61,616 nucleotides of DNA from Stramenopiles sp. TOSAG23-2 (lineage: Eukaryota). This document shows positions 41,821 to 53,600 of the stretch, one piece after another (the stretch's first letter is position 1; every line of letters begins with the position of its first letter). The notes under the pieces are model-generated. The model saw only the letters and a list, made by a program, of their open reading frames with translations. It was not told the origin of the DNA and did not search any database. The DNA is taken from NCBI GenBank assembly GCA_900128395.1, contig LT649248.1:1-61616 (forward strand), in the 5' to 3' direction. The position numbers and the translations under genes are program-made.

Positions 41821-43651
41821 ATGGCACATTTATTAAAACAAATCATAACAAAAAATAAAATAATTGGTGCAGCAGCTATCATTGCAACATCAACATATTT
41901 ATACGATGAAATAAATCAATACAATAACGACAACAACAATAACAATCATATTCGACCTGCATATTGCAGTGGTGAAACAAAAGGTAATGCAATGACTAAA
42001 CAAACAAAGCCAATATTATCTATCCCATCGATACAAAGTTTATATTTTGAATTTCATACACCAACTGAACTATTAGAAAATTTAGCAACAGAAATGACGA
42101 GTGAAATGCAAAAAGGTTTACAAAAAGATAATTGTGATATTAAAATGCTTCCATCGTTTGTTTGTGATTTACCAACTGGTAATGAAAATGGAAAATTCTT
42201 AGCACTTGATTTAGGAGGTAGTAATTTTCGTGTATTGCGTTTCAAGGTAGAAAATGGCGATGTTACATTGGAAGCAAGTAAAAAAGCAAAAATACCAAAA
42301 CAATTAATGTCAAAATCAAGTACTGGTGTTGATATGTTTCAATTTATTGCTGATACAATTGCACAATTACCATCCGATGGAGAGGATCATAGTCAAAAAT
42401 TACCACTTGGGTTTACGTTTTCATTTCCATGTCAACAATATAAATTAAATGCTGGTACATTATTACATTGGACAAAAGGTTTTGAAACAAGTGGTGTTGT
42501 TGGTGCAAATGTCGTAACATTATTACAAAATGCATTTGTTGCAAATAATATCAATGTAGAAGTTGCTGCATTAGTAAATGATACGGTTGGTACATTAGTT
42601 GCACATGTTATTGAAGCACCAGATACAGTATTAGGTATGTAAATATTTACCTCTAATACAACAAATCTATGAAACATGGTTATACTAACATAAATTAATA
42701 TATTTTTATTATCTACATATATATATTGCAACAACAATTCTTATTATATATACATATATAGGTGTCATCCTTGGTACTGGATGCAATGCATGTTATGTGG
42801 AAGATATTGAAAATGTATCAAAATGGACGGTTGATCGTCCAACAAATAAATCAAAAGTAATTATAAATATGGAATGGGGTGGTTTCAATTCAAAAAATGT
42901 TCCTGGTTTGTATAATAAATTTGATGAAATTATTGATACAAATGAAGATTATGGCGCACAAAGATTTGAGAAACAAATTAGTGGAAGGTATTTAGGTGAA
43001 TTAGCACGTTTAGCTTGTTTCCATTTATTTCAAAATGAAGAAATTTTATTTCAAAATAGTTTAATCAATAGTAATAATAATAATAATAATGATGTGGAGG
43101 AACAAAGAAAATTGATTCTTTCTGTTTTTGGTAAATCTCATCATTTTTTAACACCAATGATGTCAAAGATACAAAGTGGTGAAGCAAATGATGTAACTAA
43201 AAATCCATGGTTACGCGCTGCTGCGAAAGCAGGTGTCGACTTGAATGGTGAATACACCGAAGCTTTGTGTGAAGGATATTTAAAGCAAGAAGGTGTACAA
43301 ATGGAAGATATGAGATATCATTTAAATTTTTGGAAGTTATGGTCAACATTGGATATATACGATCGTCAAATAATTCATGAAGTATGTGATATGGTTTCAA
43401 CACGTGCTGCACGTTTATCTGCTGCTGCTATTGGTGCAGTTGTTCGTAAAATTCATAAAGAAGATAGTTGCACGGTAGCAATTGATGGTAGTGTATTTGA
43501 ACATTATCCATATTTTAAACAAAATATGCAAATTGCATTATTAGAAATGTTAGGTGATAAAAAACAAGTTAAATTAGAATTGAGTCCAGATGGTAGTGGA
43601 AAAGGTGCTGCATTAATTGCAGCTATTGCAAATGTTGATAGTAAATTATAA
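41821..43651 (+). CDS. HXK: Hexokinase, two exons (41821-42634, 42762-43651), N-terminal hydrophobic leader and C-terminal SKL
   Basis: KMLPSFV, LALDLGGSNFRV, LPLGFTFSFP, WTKGF, VNDTVGTL, spliced LG-VILGTGCNACY, INMEWG, FEKQISGRYLGE, DGSVFE, DGSGKGAAL. Confidence 0.95.
42635..42761 (+). other. Spliceosomal intron (127 nt)
   Basis: GTATGT donor, TACTAAC at 42683-42689, TAG acceptor; removal restores the conserved GVILGTG motif. Confidence 0.9.
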
Positions 43652-44123
43652 AAAAATGATATATATATATTTGTTGGTTTGGAATGAATAAAAAAAAGAT
43701 AAAAGGAGCAAGGAAGAAGAAGATGATGATGATGATGGAAATATCGTTTATTGCTGTGTTTGTTCGATCGGTTGCGTTCGTGTGCGCGTATTTAAAATAA
43801 TAATTATTATTATGGCCTATTTTAATTTCTTCTTATTCTGGTAATTATAGGTTGTCTTCTTTTCTCATCATCATTATCATCGAAAACAAATGTATTATAC
43901 ACACACACATAGGTACAACAAATTGTTCTTTGCAATCGTAAAAGAAATAAAGAATAAAACAAATAGTAGATTAATATATATATACACACACATACGTATA
44001 TAAAATCAATAAATAGATATACATATATATATACGCAAAAATATATTATATATTATTAATAATATATTTAAAATAAATAAATTAATAATAATAATAATAA
44101 TTGGTTGAAAAATTAAAATAAAT

Positions 44124-44687
44124 ATGGATCCTTGGAATATTATTAATAATGATGCAAAGGAAAAAGGAATGAAATTTGAACAACCATCTTTTTACAATAA
44201 TATGATGGGATTTTATCATGCTGTAGATTGGAAAGAACAGTGGATACAAGGCATATTGTGTTTCCACGTGCTTTATCTTATCGTATCGTTTTTAACTCGC
44301 AAGTCTCCAACTATTCAATTTACATTATTGATTACAATATGTATATTCATTTATTTTGCAGAAACATTTAATAGTTATGGTTCTAGAAATTGGACGCGTT
44401 TTTCCACACAAGACTATTTTGATCCAAATGGTGTTTTTCTATCAGTTATATTTAGCACACCATTGTTATTGATAGGTGTATGTATCATGTTACATGCATT
44501 ATATGATACATCGCAAATGTTAGTGAAAGTCAAACGATTGGAATTAGGAATCGATAAGAGAGGTAGAAAGAATAATAATACGGAAGAAGAAAATGTAAAC
44601 AATAATAATACGAATAATAATAAAGATAAAAAATCAAAACCAAGACGTAGAAATCGTAGTCGTGGGAGCAATAAAAAGAATAATTAG
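44124..44687 (+). CDS. TMEM18: Transmembrane protein 18 homolog
   Basis: AVDWKEQWI, AETFNSYGSRNWTRFSTQDYFDPNGVFLSVIFSTPLL; basic C-terminus. Confidence 0.9.
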   Translation: MDPWNIINNDAKEKGMKFEQPSFYNNMMGFYHAVDWKEQWIQGILCFHVLYLIVSFLTRKSPTIQFTLLITICIFIYFAETFNSYGSRNWTRFSTQDYFDPNGVFLSVIFSTPLLLIGVCIMLHALYDTSQMLVKVKRLELGIDKRGRKNNNTEEENVNNNNTNNNKDKKSKPRRRNRSRGSNKKNN

Positions 44688-44954
44688 AAATATATATATA
44701 CATATACATTTTTGTATTTCTGTATACTGTACACTATCATATACGTCGTACTCGTATATCTTATTTTTAATTTATTATTGAGGGATATAAATCTCTCACA
44801 TACGAACATTCGTACGAATTTATAATTACTACTATCATATAACGAGTATTAATATTATTTCAAACGCAAACCATACCTTTTTGTTTTCTTCTTTTCTCTC
44901 TCTTCAGTCGTCTCCATAATTGTGATACAAACTTTGCTAGCCTACTTCTGACGC

Positions 44955-47870
44955 TCACCAATCTCTATTCACCGGTTGATCTTTTGGTGTACAAAGACCC
45001 TCGCGCATTCTAGCAATTTCATTTGGGTCGAAACCTGCATTACTACCAACAAATGAATCGCTACGCCCAAGTTGTAAATGAGGAAATCGTGGTCTTTTTT
45101 TCTTTCGTGGAACAGACGTGATGAAAGAATTAGTTTCTTGCATAGCTGCTTGAACTCTTGGAATGGTAAGAACTTGACGAGACGTTGGTCGTTTAGATGG
45201 ATCTGCTGATAACAATTTGCAAATCAATGAAAACAGTTCATCACTGCGACTTTTATTTGGTCTTGGCACACGGTCTGATCTAAAGTTATGCCATTCCTCG
45301 CCATCATGTGGTGGAGGCTCGTTGAACATTATTTCCCACATCATAATTCCAAAGCTAAACATATCCGCTGCTGGCGATTTCAACGACGAGTCTAATAATT
45401 CTGGAGCCATGTAACGATTGTCACCTTCGTGGCCGTCTTCCGAGCTACCAACTTCACGAACCATCCCGAAATCACCAATTTTTAACGTTCCATCATTTGT
45501 TATAAATATATTTTGTGGTTTGATATCCAAATGCACTAAATTATGGGTATGGATATGGCTCAAACCGGCACATATGTCTACTATGATCCCCCAAATTGCT
45601 ATATCTGGTACCATTACTGATTCATCGATCTCATCAAAAAAAACTTTTAAATTACCCCTAGCACAATATTCACTTTGGATGTAAAAGTATCCATGTTCTT
45701 GCCATGCTTTGTGATAATGCAATACATGAGGGCATTTCGGTCCAAGCAATTGAAACGTCTCTACTTCCTCTAAATAACGCGCACGATCGCGCTTACTTCT
45801 AAACGGTCTTCTAGATTTTTTAATAGCATATAATTTTTGATCATGAACCGAACGGCATTTAAATACTTTTGAAAACGCGCCTGATCCTAATTGCCCTAAA
45901 TTTTCAAAGTCAACATCAAATGCAACAACATCACTATTAAATGAATCGTTCTCCGCAAATAATACTTTCGTGCCATCTAATGAATTTCTTCTTTCTATTC
46001 CACCTGGTGAACCAGGTCCAACCGAACTATTATGTTGCCACGATGGCGTTCGTACAGGTGTTGGTGGACATTGTGGACCTTTCTCACGCACTGGTGTTGA
46101 TTTTTTACGATCAAATGCTTCCATATCTGGTGTTGGTCGACCTGTAGGCGTTACTTTATTATTATTATTACTTGCTTTTAAATTGTTACCATCTTTCACA
46201 TCATTATTATTGTTCGTACCATAGCCATGATCAGAATCAAATGAATTATTTAAGTGATTATTCTCCATATTATTATTATTATTATTATTACCATCAAATG
46301 AGTCTTGACTTTGGTTTAAATCTTCAACGTCTGCAACTTTAGAACTATATAATACATTATTGTCAGAGTTTGGTTTTAAATCATCATCGCCAAGGGAACC
46401 AACCGAATCGTTCAAATCGTTTATATGCAATCCACTCTTTTTCTTTAAACTAGACATTTTAAATTCGTCTTCATCATCGTCGTCTTCCCTTGGGGATGGA
46501 CCACGCCATACCGGCTTTGACGGGGTGTGGAACGGCAATGGTGGTACGCCATGATTATTATTATTATTATTAAATGTGCCAAATTCATCCTCATCCATCA
46601 TTATATCGCCATAATGAAATGCTTTTTCCGTGGAACTATTTACACTTCTAATTGAATGTATCGAACTATTACTTGAAAGTGAACGCGCGGACAAGGATCC
46701 AGACAACGACCCATTCGAAGATATCGACATATCATTCTTTTTTTGTTCATAATTAGGTGTAATATTCATGAGGCCATGGAGATCGTCGTCCGTCGCCATC
46801 GTATTATCATTATTATTATTATTCCTATTTTTTTTATTAGTACTAGTCGGTATTTTCGGTGGCACTGGGCGTGGTGAACGAAACATCTCTTGGTTTGTAC
46901 CATTATTATTATATTTATATTTACGATTACTTCGTTTTTTCATTGATGATGATTTGCTAGCACGTATAGGACCTTTGCTTGACGAATGATGACTATTATT
47001 GTTATTGCTATTAAAATTATTATTAGTAGTTGAATATCCTCTTGCAGATTTTGATTTTGATGGCATAGCAGCGATACCTTCCACACGTAATGTAAAGGTA
47101 AGATTCTTTTTATGTGAATTTGATTTATTTATATGTTGTTCAAATAACGAATCTCGAAAACGACGACGGCTACTACTGTTATTCCGTTTACGACCACCAC
47201 TTAATATATTAAGTGGATCATTATTAATGCCTGGTATAGACGATATACTCATAATACCTGATGATGATTTTGTAGACGACATTTGTTGTTGTGGAGATAT
47301 TGTTGCATTTGGGGATTGAGCAAAAAAACTACTCCCAGAGGAATCATTATTAGATGAATTATTCGAGATGTCTGATCTAGCAGAGAATGGTGGCGATTCA
47401 CCATCGATTTCAACACGTCTTGAAGATCGTGGAGGTTCACTATTCAAAATAGACATAGGCGATAAATCGCCTTTGTTTGATAAAGACAAGTCATCAAACG
47501 AACCTCGTAAATCGATATTCATATTCAAATGTTTATACCCAGAAGATCTGATAGCGCTACGTACACGCTCTTCATGGCTTACAGAAGATTCGGAACGTTT
47601 TCGCTTTGGTGACGTGAATTTATTATATTTGTTTTTCGTTGCCGTTTTATTATTATTATTATTATTCTTTTTCGTAGATGATGACATATTATTATTGTTT
47701 ATGTTACTGGATGACGTTGGTGTATTGTTTATATTTGCATGTTTATTATTATTGACATTGTTATTGTTGTCAAAAGGTCTTGGATACGTTTGTCCCCGAA
47801 GACGTGTTGTTCTACGACCAGAAGATGATTTTGGTAATGGTGGTATATTTGGATTATTATTGTGATTCAT
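44955..47870 (-). CDS. WEE1: WEE1/Myt1-family protein kinase
   Basis: LGSGAFSKV, YAIKKS, AWQEHG, VHLDIKPQNIF, KIGDFG, EGDNRYMAPE; long disordered SP/TP-rich N-terminus with CPPTP. Confidence 0.88.
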   Translation of the reverse strand: MNHNNNPNIPPLPKSSSGRRTTRLRGQTYPRPFDNNNNVNNNKHANINNTPTSSSNINNNNMSSSTKKNNNNNNKTATKNKYNKFTSPKRKRSESSVSHEERVRSAIRSSGYKHLNMNIDLRGSFDDLSLSNKGDLSPMSILNSEPPRSSRRVEIDGESPPFSARSDISNNSSNNDSSGSSFFAQSPNATISPQQQMSSTKSSSGIMSISSIPGINNDPLNILSGGRKRNNSSSRRRFRDSLFEQHINKSNSHKKNLTFTLRVEGIAAMPSKSKSARGYSTTNNNFNSNNNNSHHSSSKGPIRASKSSSMKKRSNRKYKYNNNGTNQEMFRSPRPVPPKIPTSTNKKNRNNNNNDNTMATDDDLHGLMNITPNYEQKKNDMSISSNGSLSGSLSARSLSSNSSIHSIRSVNSSTEKAFHYGDIMMDEDEFGTFNNNNNNHGVPPLPFHTPSKPVWRGPSPREDDDDEDEFKMSSLKKKSGLHINDLNDSVGSLGDDDLKPNSDNNVLYSSKVADVEDLNQSQDSFDGNNNNNNNMENNHLNNSFDSDHGYGTNNNNDVKDGNNLKASNNNNKVTPTGRPTPDMEAFDRKKSTPVREKGPQCPPTPVRTPSWQHNSSVGPGSPGGIERRNSLDGTKVLFAENDSFNSDVVAFDVDFENLGQLGSGAFSKVFKCRSVHDQKLYAIKKSRRPFRSKRDRARYLEEVETFQLLGPKCPHVLHYHKAWQEHGYFYIQSEYCARGNLKVFFDEIDESVMVPDIAIWGIIVDICAGLSHIHTHNLVHLDIKPQNIFITNDGTLKIGDFGMVREVGSSEDGHEGDNRYMAPELLDSSLKSPAADMFSFGIMMWEIMFNEPPPHDGEEWHNFRSDRVPRPNKSRSDELFSLICKLLSADPSKRPTSRQVLTIPRVQAAMQETNSFITSVPRKKKRPRFPHLQLGRSDSFVGSNAGFDPNEIARMREGLCTPKDQPVNRDW

Positions 47871-49344
47871 CCTTATATTCTTTTGATGATGTATTATAGC
47901 TTTTTATATTCAATATTTTTTTATTTCGTCCAACACTATATAAATGATGTATAAATATATATTTATTATATAATTCTTCTTCTTATATATATATGGTTAC
48001 CAAATTGTGTAAATGATTATCAACACGTTAATAATAATACTTATATATCAAATGGGACTAGATAGATATGTATGTATATATAACGTTGCCCGATAATATT
48101 ATATGTAATAATGATTCAATATATATATCGATATACAAGACGTCTATATAACTGCTTTGAATAAAAAGAAGAATTCTCCGTAAAATTTGAAAGAAGAATC
48201 ACGAAAAAAATAAAATATTCAAATCTTGAACGTTCCAAAATGAAACTATTATATTCAACCAATGATAGATACAGAAAAGAATTAAGATCTAATCAATCAT
48301 ATATGTATATTATATTTTTTGTTGCTTTCTTTGTCTATTATCTACGTATATGCAACTACTACGTCACCTTGATTGATTTACAGACGTATTTTCAACTGTT
48401 CTTTTGTCTTGAAAAGTGTTGTTCTCGTTTTCACTGCTAATGCTATTTACCTACTATTTCATTTAAAACCTAATGGAAATCTGTTTTCATTACCGGTGAT
48501 GGACACGTCAATAATATATTGCACTATTTATGTCAATTTACGGATTATTTAGTTTCAACTCATATAGTATACTATATATAAGTATATACAAATGAAATAT
48601 CTACGAAAATTATCCATTATTTGATATTTCATTTCTTTTTTTTTGTTTCGAATAATTCGTAAAAAGAATATATGTTTAGTGCAATATTTGGTATACTAAG
48701 CATGATATAAATATTCATTTTATGTAATAGTAATACATTATATTTTAATATAAAAACATATAGGAAGAGTAAGTAGATTCGCTCGTAAATCCTACCACCA
48801 CTTCTACATGGTACAATGCTATACACCTGTTTTTGCAATAATTTTCATTAAATATGAATTTGGAATATTTGGTATTTAATCTTCTTTGTTCCAACCAAGG
48901 AAGGTTCTTTCAATATCCACAATGATACATCCATCTTAAATTCAAATTTTTTCCCGCTATTCTTTTAACTGATTTTTGATAATTAAAACAAAAAAATAAA
49001 ACAAAAACTGGAGAGGATCTCCGCAGATCCTGTCGAAACCAAAAAAAACCAAAAACGTTGTTTTTCTTAATTTTTAATTTTAGAAGACTCATGTTTCATT
49101 TTTTTTATTTTTTAAGGAAGAATATAGGAATAATATTAATTTCAGTGCATATTAATACCATGCATGTAGCACAGCACATCATAATATAGCCATGTCTTTG
49201 TATTATAATATATACCTCCTGGTTTAATAAAAATAGATATCTTAGAATATATACATTTGCTGGATTGGTGGTGGAGATAAGATATGTATTAATATATAAG
49301 AAAATAATATATACGAATATAAAAAGAACAAAACTAGAGATAGT

Positions 49345-50445
49345 ATGAGAAACAAACAAATATTATCAATATTCAGTTATATTATATTCACGACAATACT
49401 TATATTTTGCATACAATCGTCAAATAATAATAATAATAATAAATTTATTACCATCATGGCAAGTAGTGTTGTCCCAACTAAATTATTAACATCTGGCCAT
49501 AAAATGCCTACCTTAGGCTTAGGAACATGGAAATCAAAACCAGGTGCAGTTGAAAATGCTGTCTTAGAAGCATTAAAAGTTGGATATCGCCACATTGATT
49601 GTGCTGCTGTATATCAAAATGAAAAGGAGGTTGGTAGTGCATTGAAACAAGCATTTGAGGAAGGCATTGTAAAACGGGAAGATGTTTTCATCACTTCAAA
49701 GCTATGGAATACTTTTCACAAACCGGAACATGTAAAATCAGCATTAGAAAAAACATTAGCAGAACTAAATTTAAAATATTTAGATTTATATTTGATACAT
49801 TGGCCAATTTCGTTGGAATATCAATCCTCATCAGATTTATTTCCCAAAAAAGAAGATGGAACGATGAAATATTCAAATGACTCATATATCGAAACGTGGA
49901 AAGCAATGGAAGCAACAGTAAATGATGGGTTAACGAAATCAATTGGTCTATCAAATTTCAATTCAAGACAAATCAACGAGGTGATGGAAATTGCAACGAT
50001 AAAACCTGCTGTATTGCAAATTGAATGCCATCCATATCTAACGCAAGAAAAACTAATGGGATTTTGCGCTGAGAAAAACATTGTTATTACATGTTATTCA
50101 CCATTGGGAAGTCCGGATCGTCCATGGGCAAAACCGGAAGATCCAGCATTGTTAAAAGATCCAAGGCTTTTAGAAATGGCTAATAAATATAATAAAACAC
50201 CTGCACAAATATTAATACGATTTCAAACACAACGTGGTAATATTGTTATACCGAAAAGTGTCACACCAAGTAGAATCAAAGAAAATTTCGAGACATTGGA
50301 TTTTGACATCAGCGATGATGATATGGGAGTAATAAATGGTTACCATCGCAATTGGAGAGCATGCATTCCAGCAATTGAAGTGGATGGTAAAAGTATCCCA
50401 AGAGATGGCAAACATGCATATTATCCTTTTCATGAAGAGTTTTAA
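49345..50445 (+). CDS. Aldo-keto reductase (AKR1A/aldose reductase-like); alternative start ATG at 49456
   Basis: MPTLGLGTW, GYRHIDCA..YQNE, FITSKLWN, YLDLYLIHWP, KSIGLSNFN, IPKSVTPSRI. Confidence 0.95.
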   Translation: MRNKQILSIFSYIIFTTILIFCIQSSNNNNNNKFITIMASSVVPTKLLTSGHKMPTLGLGTWKSKPGAVENAVLEALKVGYRHIDCAAVYQNEKEVGSALKQAFEEGIVKREDVFITSKLWNTFHKPEHVKSALEKTLAELNLKYLDLYLIHWPISLEYQSSSDLFPKKEDGTMKYSNDSYIETWKAMEATVNDGLTKSIGLSNFNSRQINEVMEIATIKPAVLQIECHPYLTQEKLMGFCAEKNIVITCYSPLGSPDRPWAKPEDPALLKDPRLLEMANKYNKTPAQILIRFQTQRGNIVIPKSVTPSRIKENFETLDFDISDDDMGVINGYHRNWRACIPAIEVDGKSIPRDGKHAYYPFHEEF

Positions 50446-50667
50446 AATATCATATTTTATGATATGCACCCCATAATGTTTCTCAATTTTTTAGTATGCA
50501 TCAGTAATAGTACGTTGTATTACCACAAAAATTACAAAACAAAAAAGTGTTTTAATATAAAGCATATCTTTTTAATACTAATACGAATAATATTTTATAT
50601 ATATATATAATATTTTTTAAATAATACTCGTAAAAAATACGAAGAAGAGTGTTCGTACGCGTATTTT

Positions 50668-53600
50668 TTATAAATCATCGCTACCACTACTCATAATATC
50701 ATCATCATCATCAGGTAACGGTACACTAAGTGCAGTTTTGAACTCATTATCCATACTACGACCAAAAGTGAACGGTACGTTAGAAAAAGGATTTTTGACG
50801 TTTCCGTAAGAGATAGATTTTGGGATAGATTTATCGAGATCAAAATTAAATGCAATTGGTTTGTCCTCAGGTGGCATAGGAGGAGATGCTTTACTTGGTG
50901 TTGGAGCATTGCTTGAAATCTGGAACATTGGCGTGCTATCGTTGATAATCTTTGCCATCGTTGGTTCAGAAGGCGTAAATAATACATTGTCAGTCTTTTT
51001 TATTCTCCATGTTGGTTCAGAAGATGAGACTTTTAAAGTTTCATTTTCTGGAGATGGAGATTTGGACGTCCAGCGATCTTTTACCCTCTTTTTTTTGCGT
51101 TTCTTTATTGTTTTGCGCATACTAGCAGTCGTTCCAACTTTAAAATTGACTTTTGATGGTATTGATTTCGGTGGTAAAAGCGGCAATAATGCTGGTATTT
51201 TTTCTGCAAGCTCCTGCCAGTTTTTCATCTTGCATTCCTTTTCCCTTTTTAACATGGAAGCGACCTTTTCAAGTGCGGTGGAAGAAGTAGAAGCAAGCGC
51301 TTCCGGAGTTAAATACCTCATATCTTTGGAAAGGACCCAAAAACTACATACATCCAATACACGCGATATCAAATCTGAAGTTCTTTCACCACAACTTTCG
51401 CATTGGCATTGATCCTGTGCCCATTCGACACATATATGTAAAGGTGTTTTTTGTTGCTTCCATTTGATGTATAAAAACCAAGTATTTTCAGCATGTTCTG
51501 CATCGAAAACGTGTTCCATCGCGCTTTCTTTTATAAACTCTAACATTTCAATAAAGAAATCAACACCGCAATCATGCTCTAATGCAATCGCTAAAGGATG
51601 TGTGTCTATTGATCCATGCTCAATAAGTTTTTTGTAATCTCCAGAACATAACTCCTTGATATCATCGATTGTTGTACGTCCCCATTTACTGCTCCGTTCG
51701 CTAAGTGATTTTATTGATTTGTTTTTCAAAGTATCTTTGGTATGAATTTTGTATAGTGGATATTTCTTTGCAAGCTCCCTCATAGAAACTTCTTCAGTGC
51801 AAACAACACACTCACCGTCACATTGTTCACATGGTGCATCTGGACTACAATCGGGACAAATTTGGCATCCGCAACGTTTATCTGTAGGCCATTCTTTTGT
51901 TTCGTCTAGATGATCCATTATGTCCCTGTTCTTACACGAGGAAGACCCTTCAAATGGGCAATTGCATGTTTCAAAGTTGCCACTGCAGACAAAGCACCAA
52001 TGATGATGGCAGTTACTACATCCACCACCAGGTCTGATATGATGACATCCATGACCATGGTATTTTGTAGTTCTGATACTACATTTTGGGCAAGGTTTAG
52101 AGGTCAGGTTGAGAAATTTTCCTGTGTCGCTTTTGGAAAATTGTTGATACTCTTCACATGATGATCCTGGATGATATGGCATGTGGCATAATTTACAAAT
52201 TTGTCCTCTTGTGCAATGTTTACATTTGTACGGCTCAAGCAATTTTGAAAATTTAAATATCCGATCCGTGATCTGGTCCTTATCTTCTACGTCAGTGCTA
52301 GCAAGAAGTGTACTACGCGGAATAATATATTTTTCCACCCTTTTTTTTTTATCCACTTTTCTCAAATTCTGTTCAAAGGTTACAAAAACGTTTGCACTAG
52401 TGGTGTTCTCTTGCTGGGGCGGAAAAAATAATTCGACAAATAAACGCTGTATGCGGCCTAAATATTGATAATTTGACTCGCCACCTTTCATCCTCGGCAA
52501 ATCGTTTCCATTTACATGTGTAATCCGCCAACCAGATAAATAGGACAATTTAGGTTCTGTTACAGATGCTACAACAATTGTGTTGTTCTCATCAATTTTA
52601 ACAGTAAATAATGCGCCTATTTGTTGATGGCTCATCGTTAATCCAAGCCTAGGTCGTTGAAGTTTATCAATATTGTCATTATATATGCGTTCTAACAAAA
52701 GGTCAACCAACTCTAACACATCACGTGGTACAAATCTTATCGTAAATGCATTTTCGTCTTGTAAATTCGCATAAATTTTATCCCTTAATTCGGACATAAC
52801 CGCCCCCGATTTCTCCGTGTTAAACATCTGGCCTAGTAAGTTAGATATTTCCTTATCGTTGATGATACTACGTTGCATGGCTTGTGCCACGGTGCTTTTT
52901 GGAACAAAATCAATGTTGCCAGGGAAACCTTCCTCGTCTATAACGAGATTGCTCGCTTCCACTACCATATCCACTACCATTTCGTAATTCAAATTTTGTG
53001 TGCCAATTGCTTTAATCGTGTTCACACTGTTTATGAATACCGGCATATTTCGATGTTTGTACTTATCGTGTTGCATCTTACTTCTTACGAACTTATTTGG
53101 TTCTCCGACAACTGACCGTCCTGACTTGGAAAGCTCAACGCCTTCCACTGCACATGGACTATCGTTATCAATAGGATTTATATACATGTCCATTTTACCA
53201 GTTGCCTCATTTAGCTGTAATTTAATAATATCATTATTGGTATCAAAAAATTTCATAGACAGTCCTTTCTTCAATCCATTATATTTTTTTTCCCCGTGAC
53301 CATTTACAACATATGCATTGCTTTCAATAGATTTTTCGACTTTTGGATGTTTGAAATGAATAACAGTTCCATCGTCTTTGAACATGTTGACTTCTTCAAT
53401 GCCCGGAATATTACCCTTATTGCCCGTTTTTAATGCTGCACGTATTAAATCAAAATCATCTGATTTATGCTCATCGTCACTAATATCCTTCAATACATTC
53501 GTTAAAGATGTCGTATTACGTCCATTTGTTTTTTCTACATGTTTCAATTTTGTTTTCAGAGCAAACATTGGATTTTTTGTACATGTCTCCTCATGTAAAA

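Noticed and set aside
49006-49040. ctggaga-ggatct/agatcc-tgtc-gaaa hammerhead-like motif
   Set aside because: Core deviates (A6 to G, extra bases before GAAA) and flanking stems are missing
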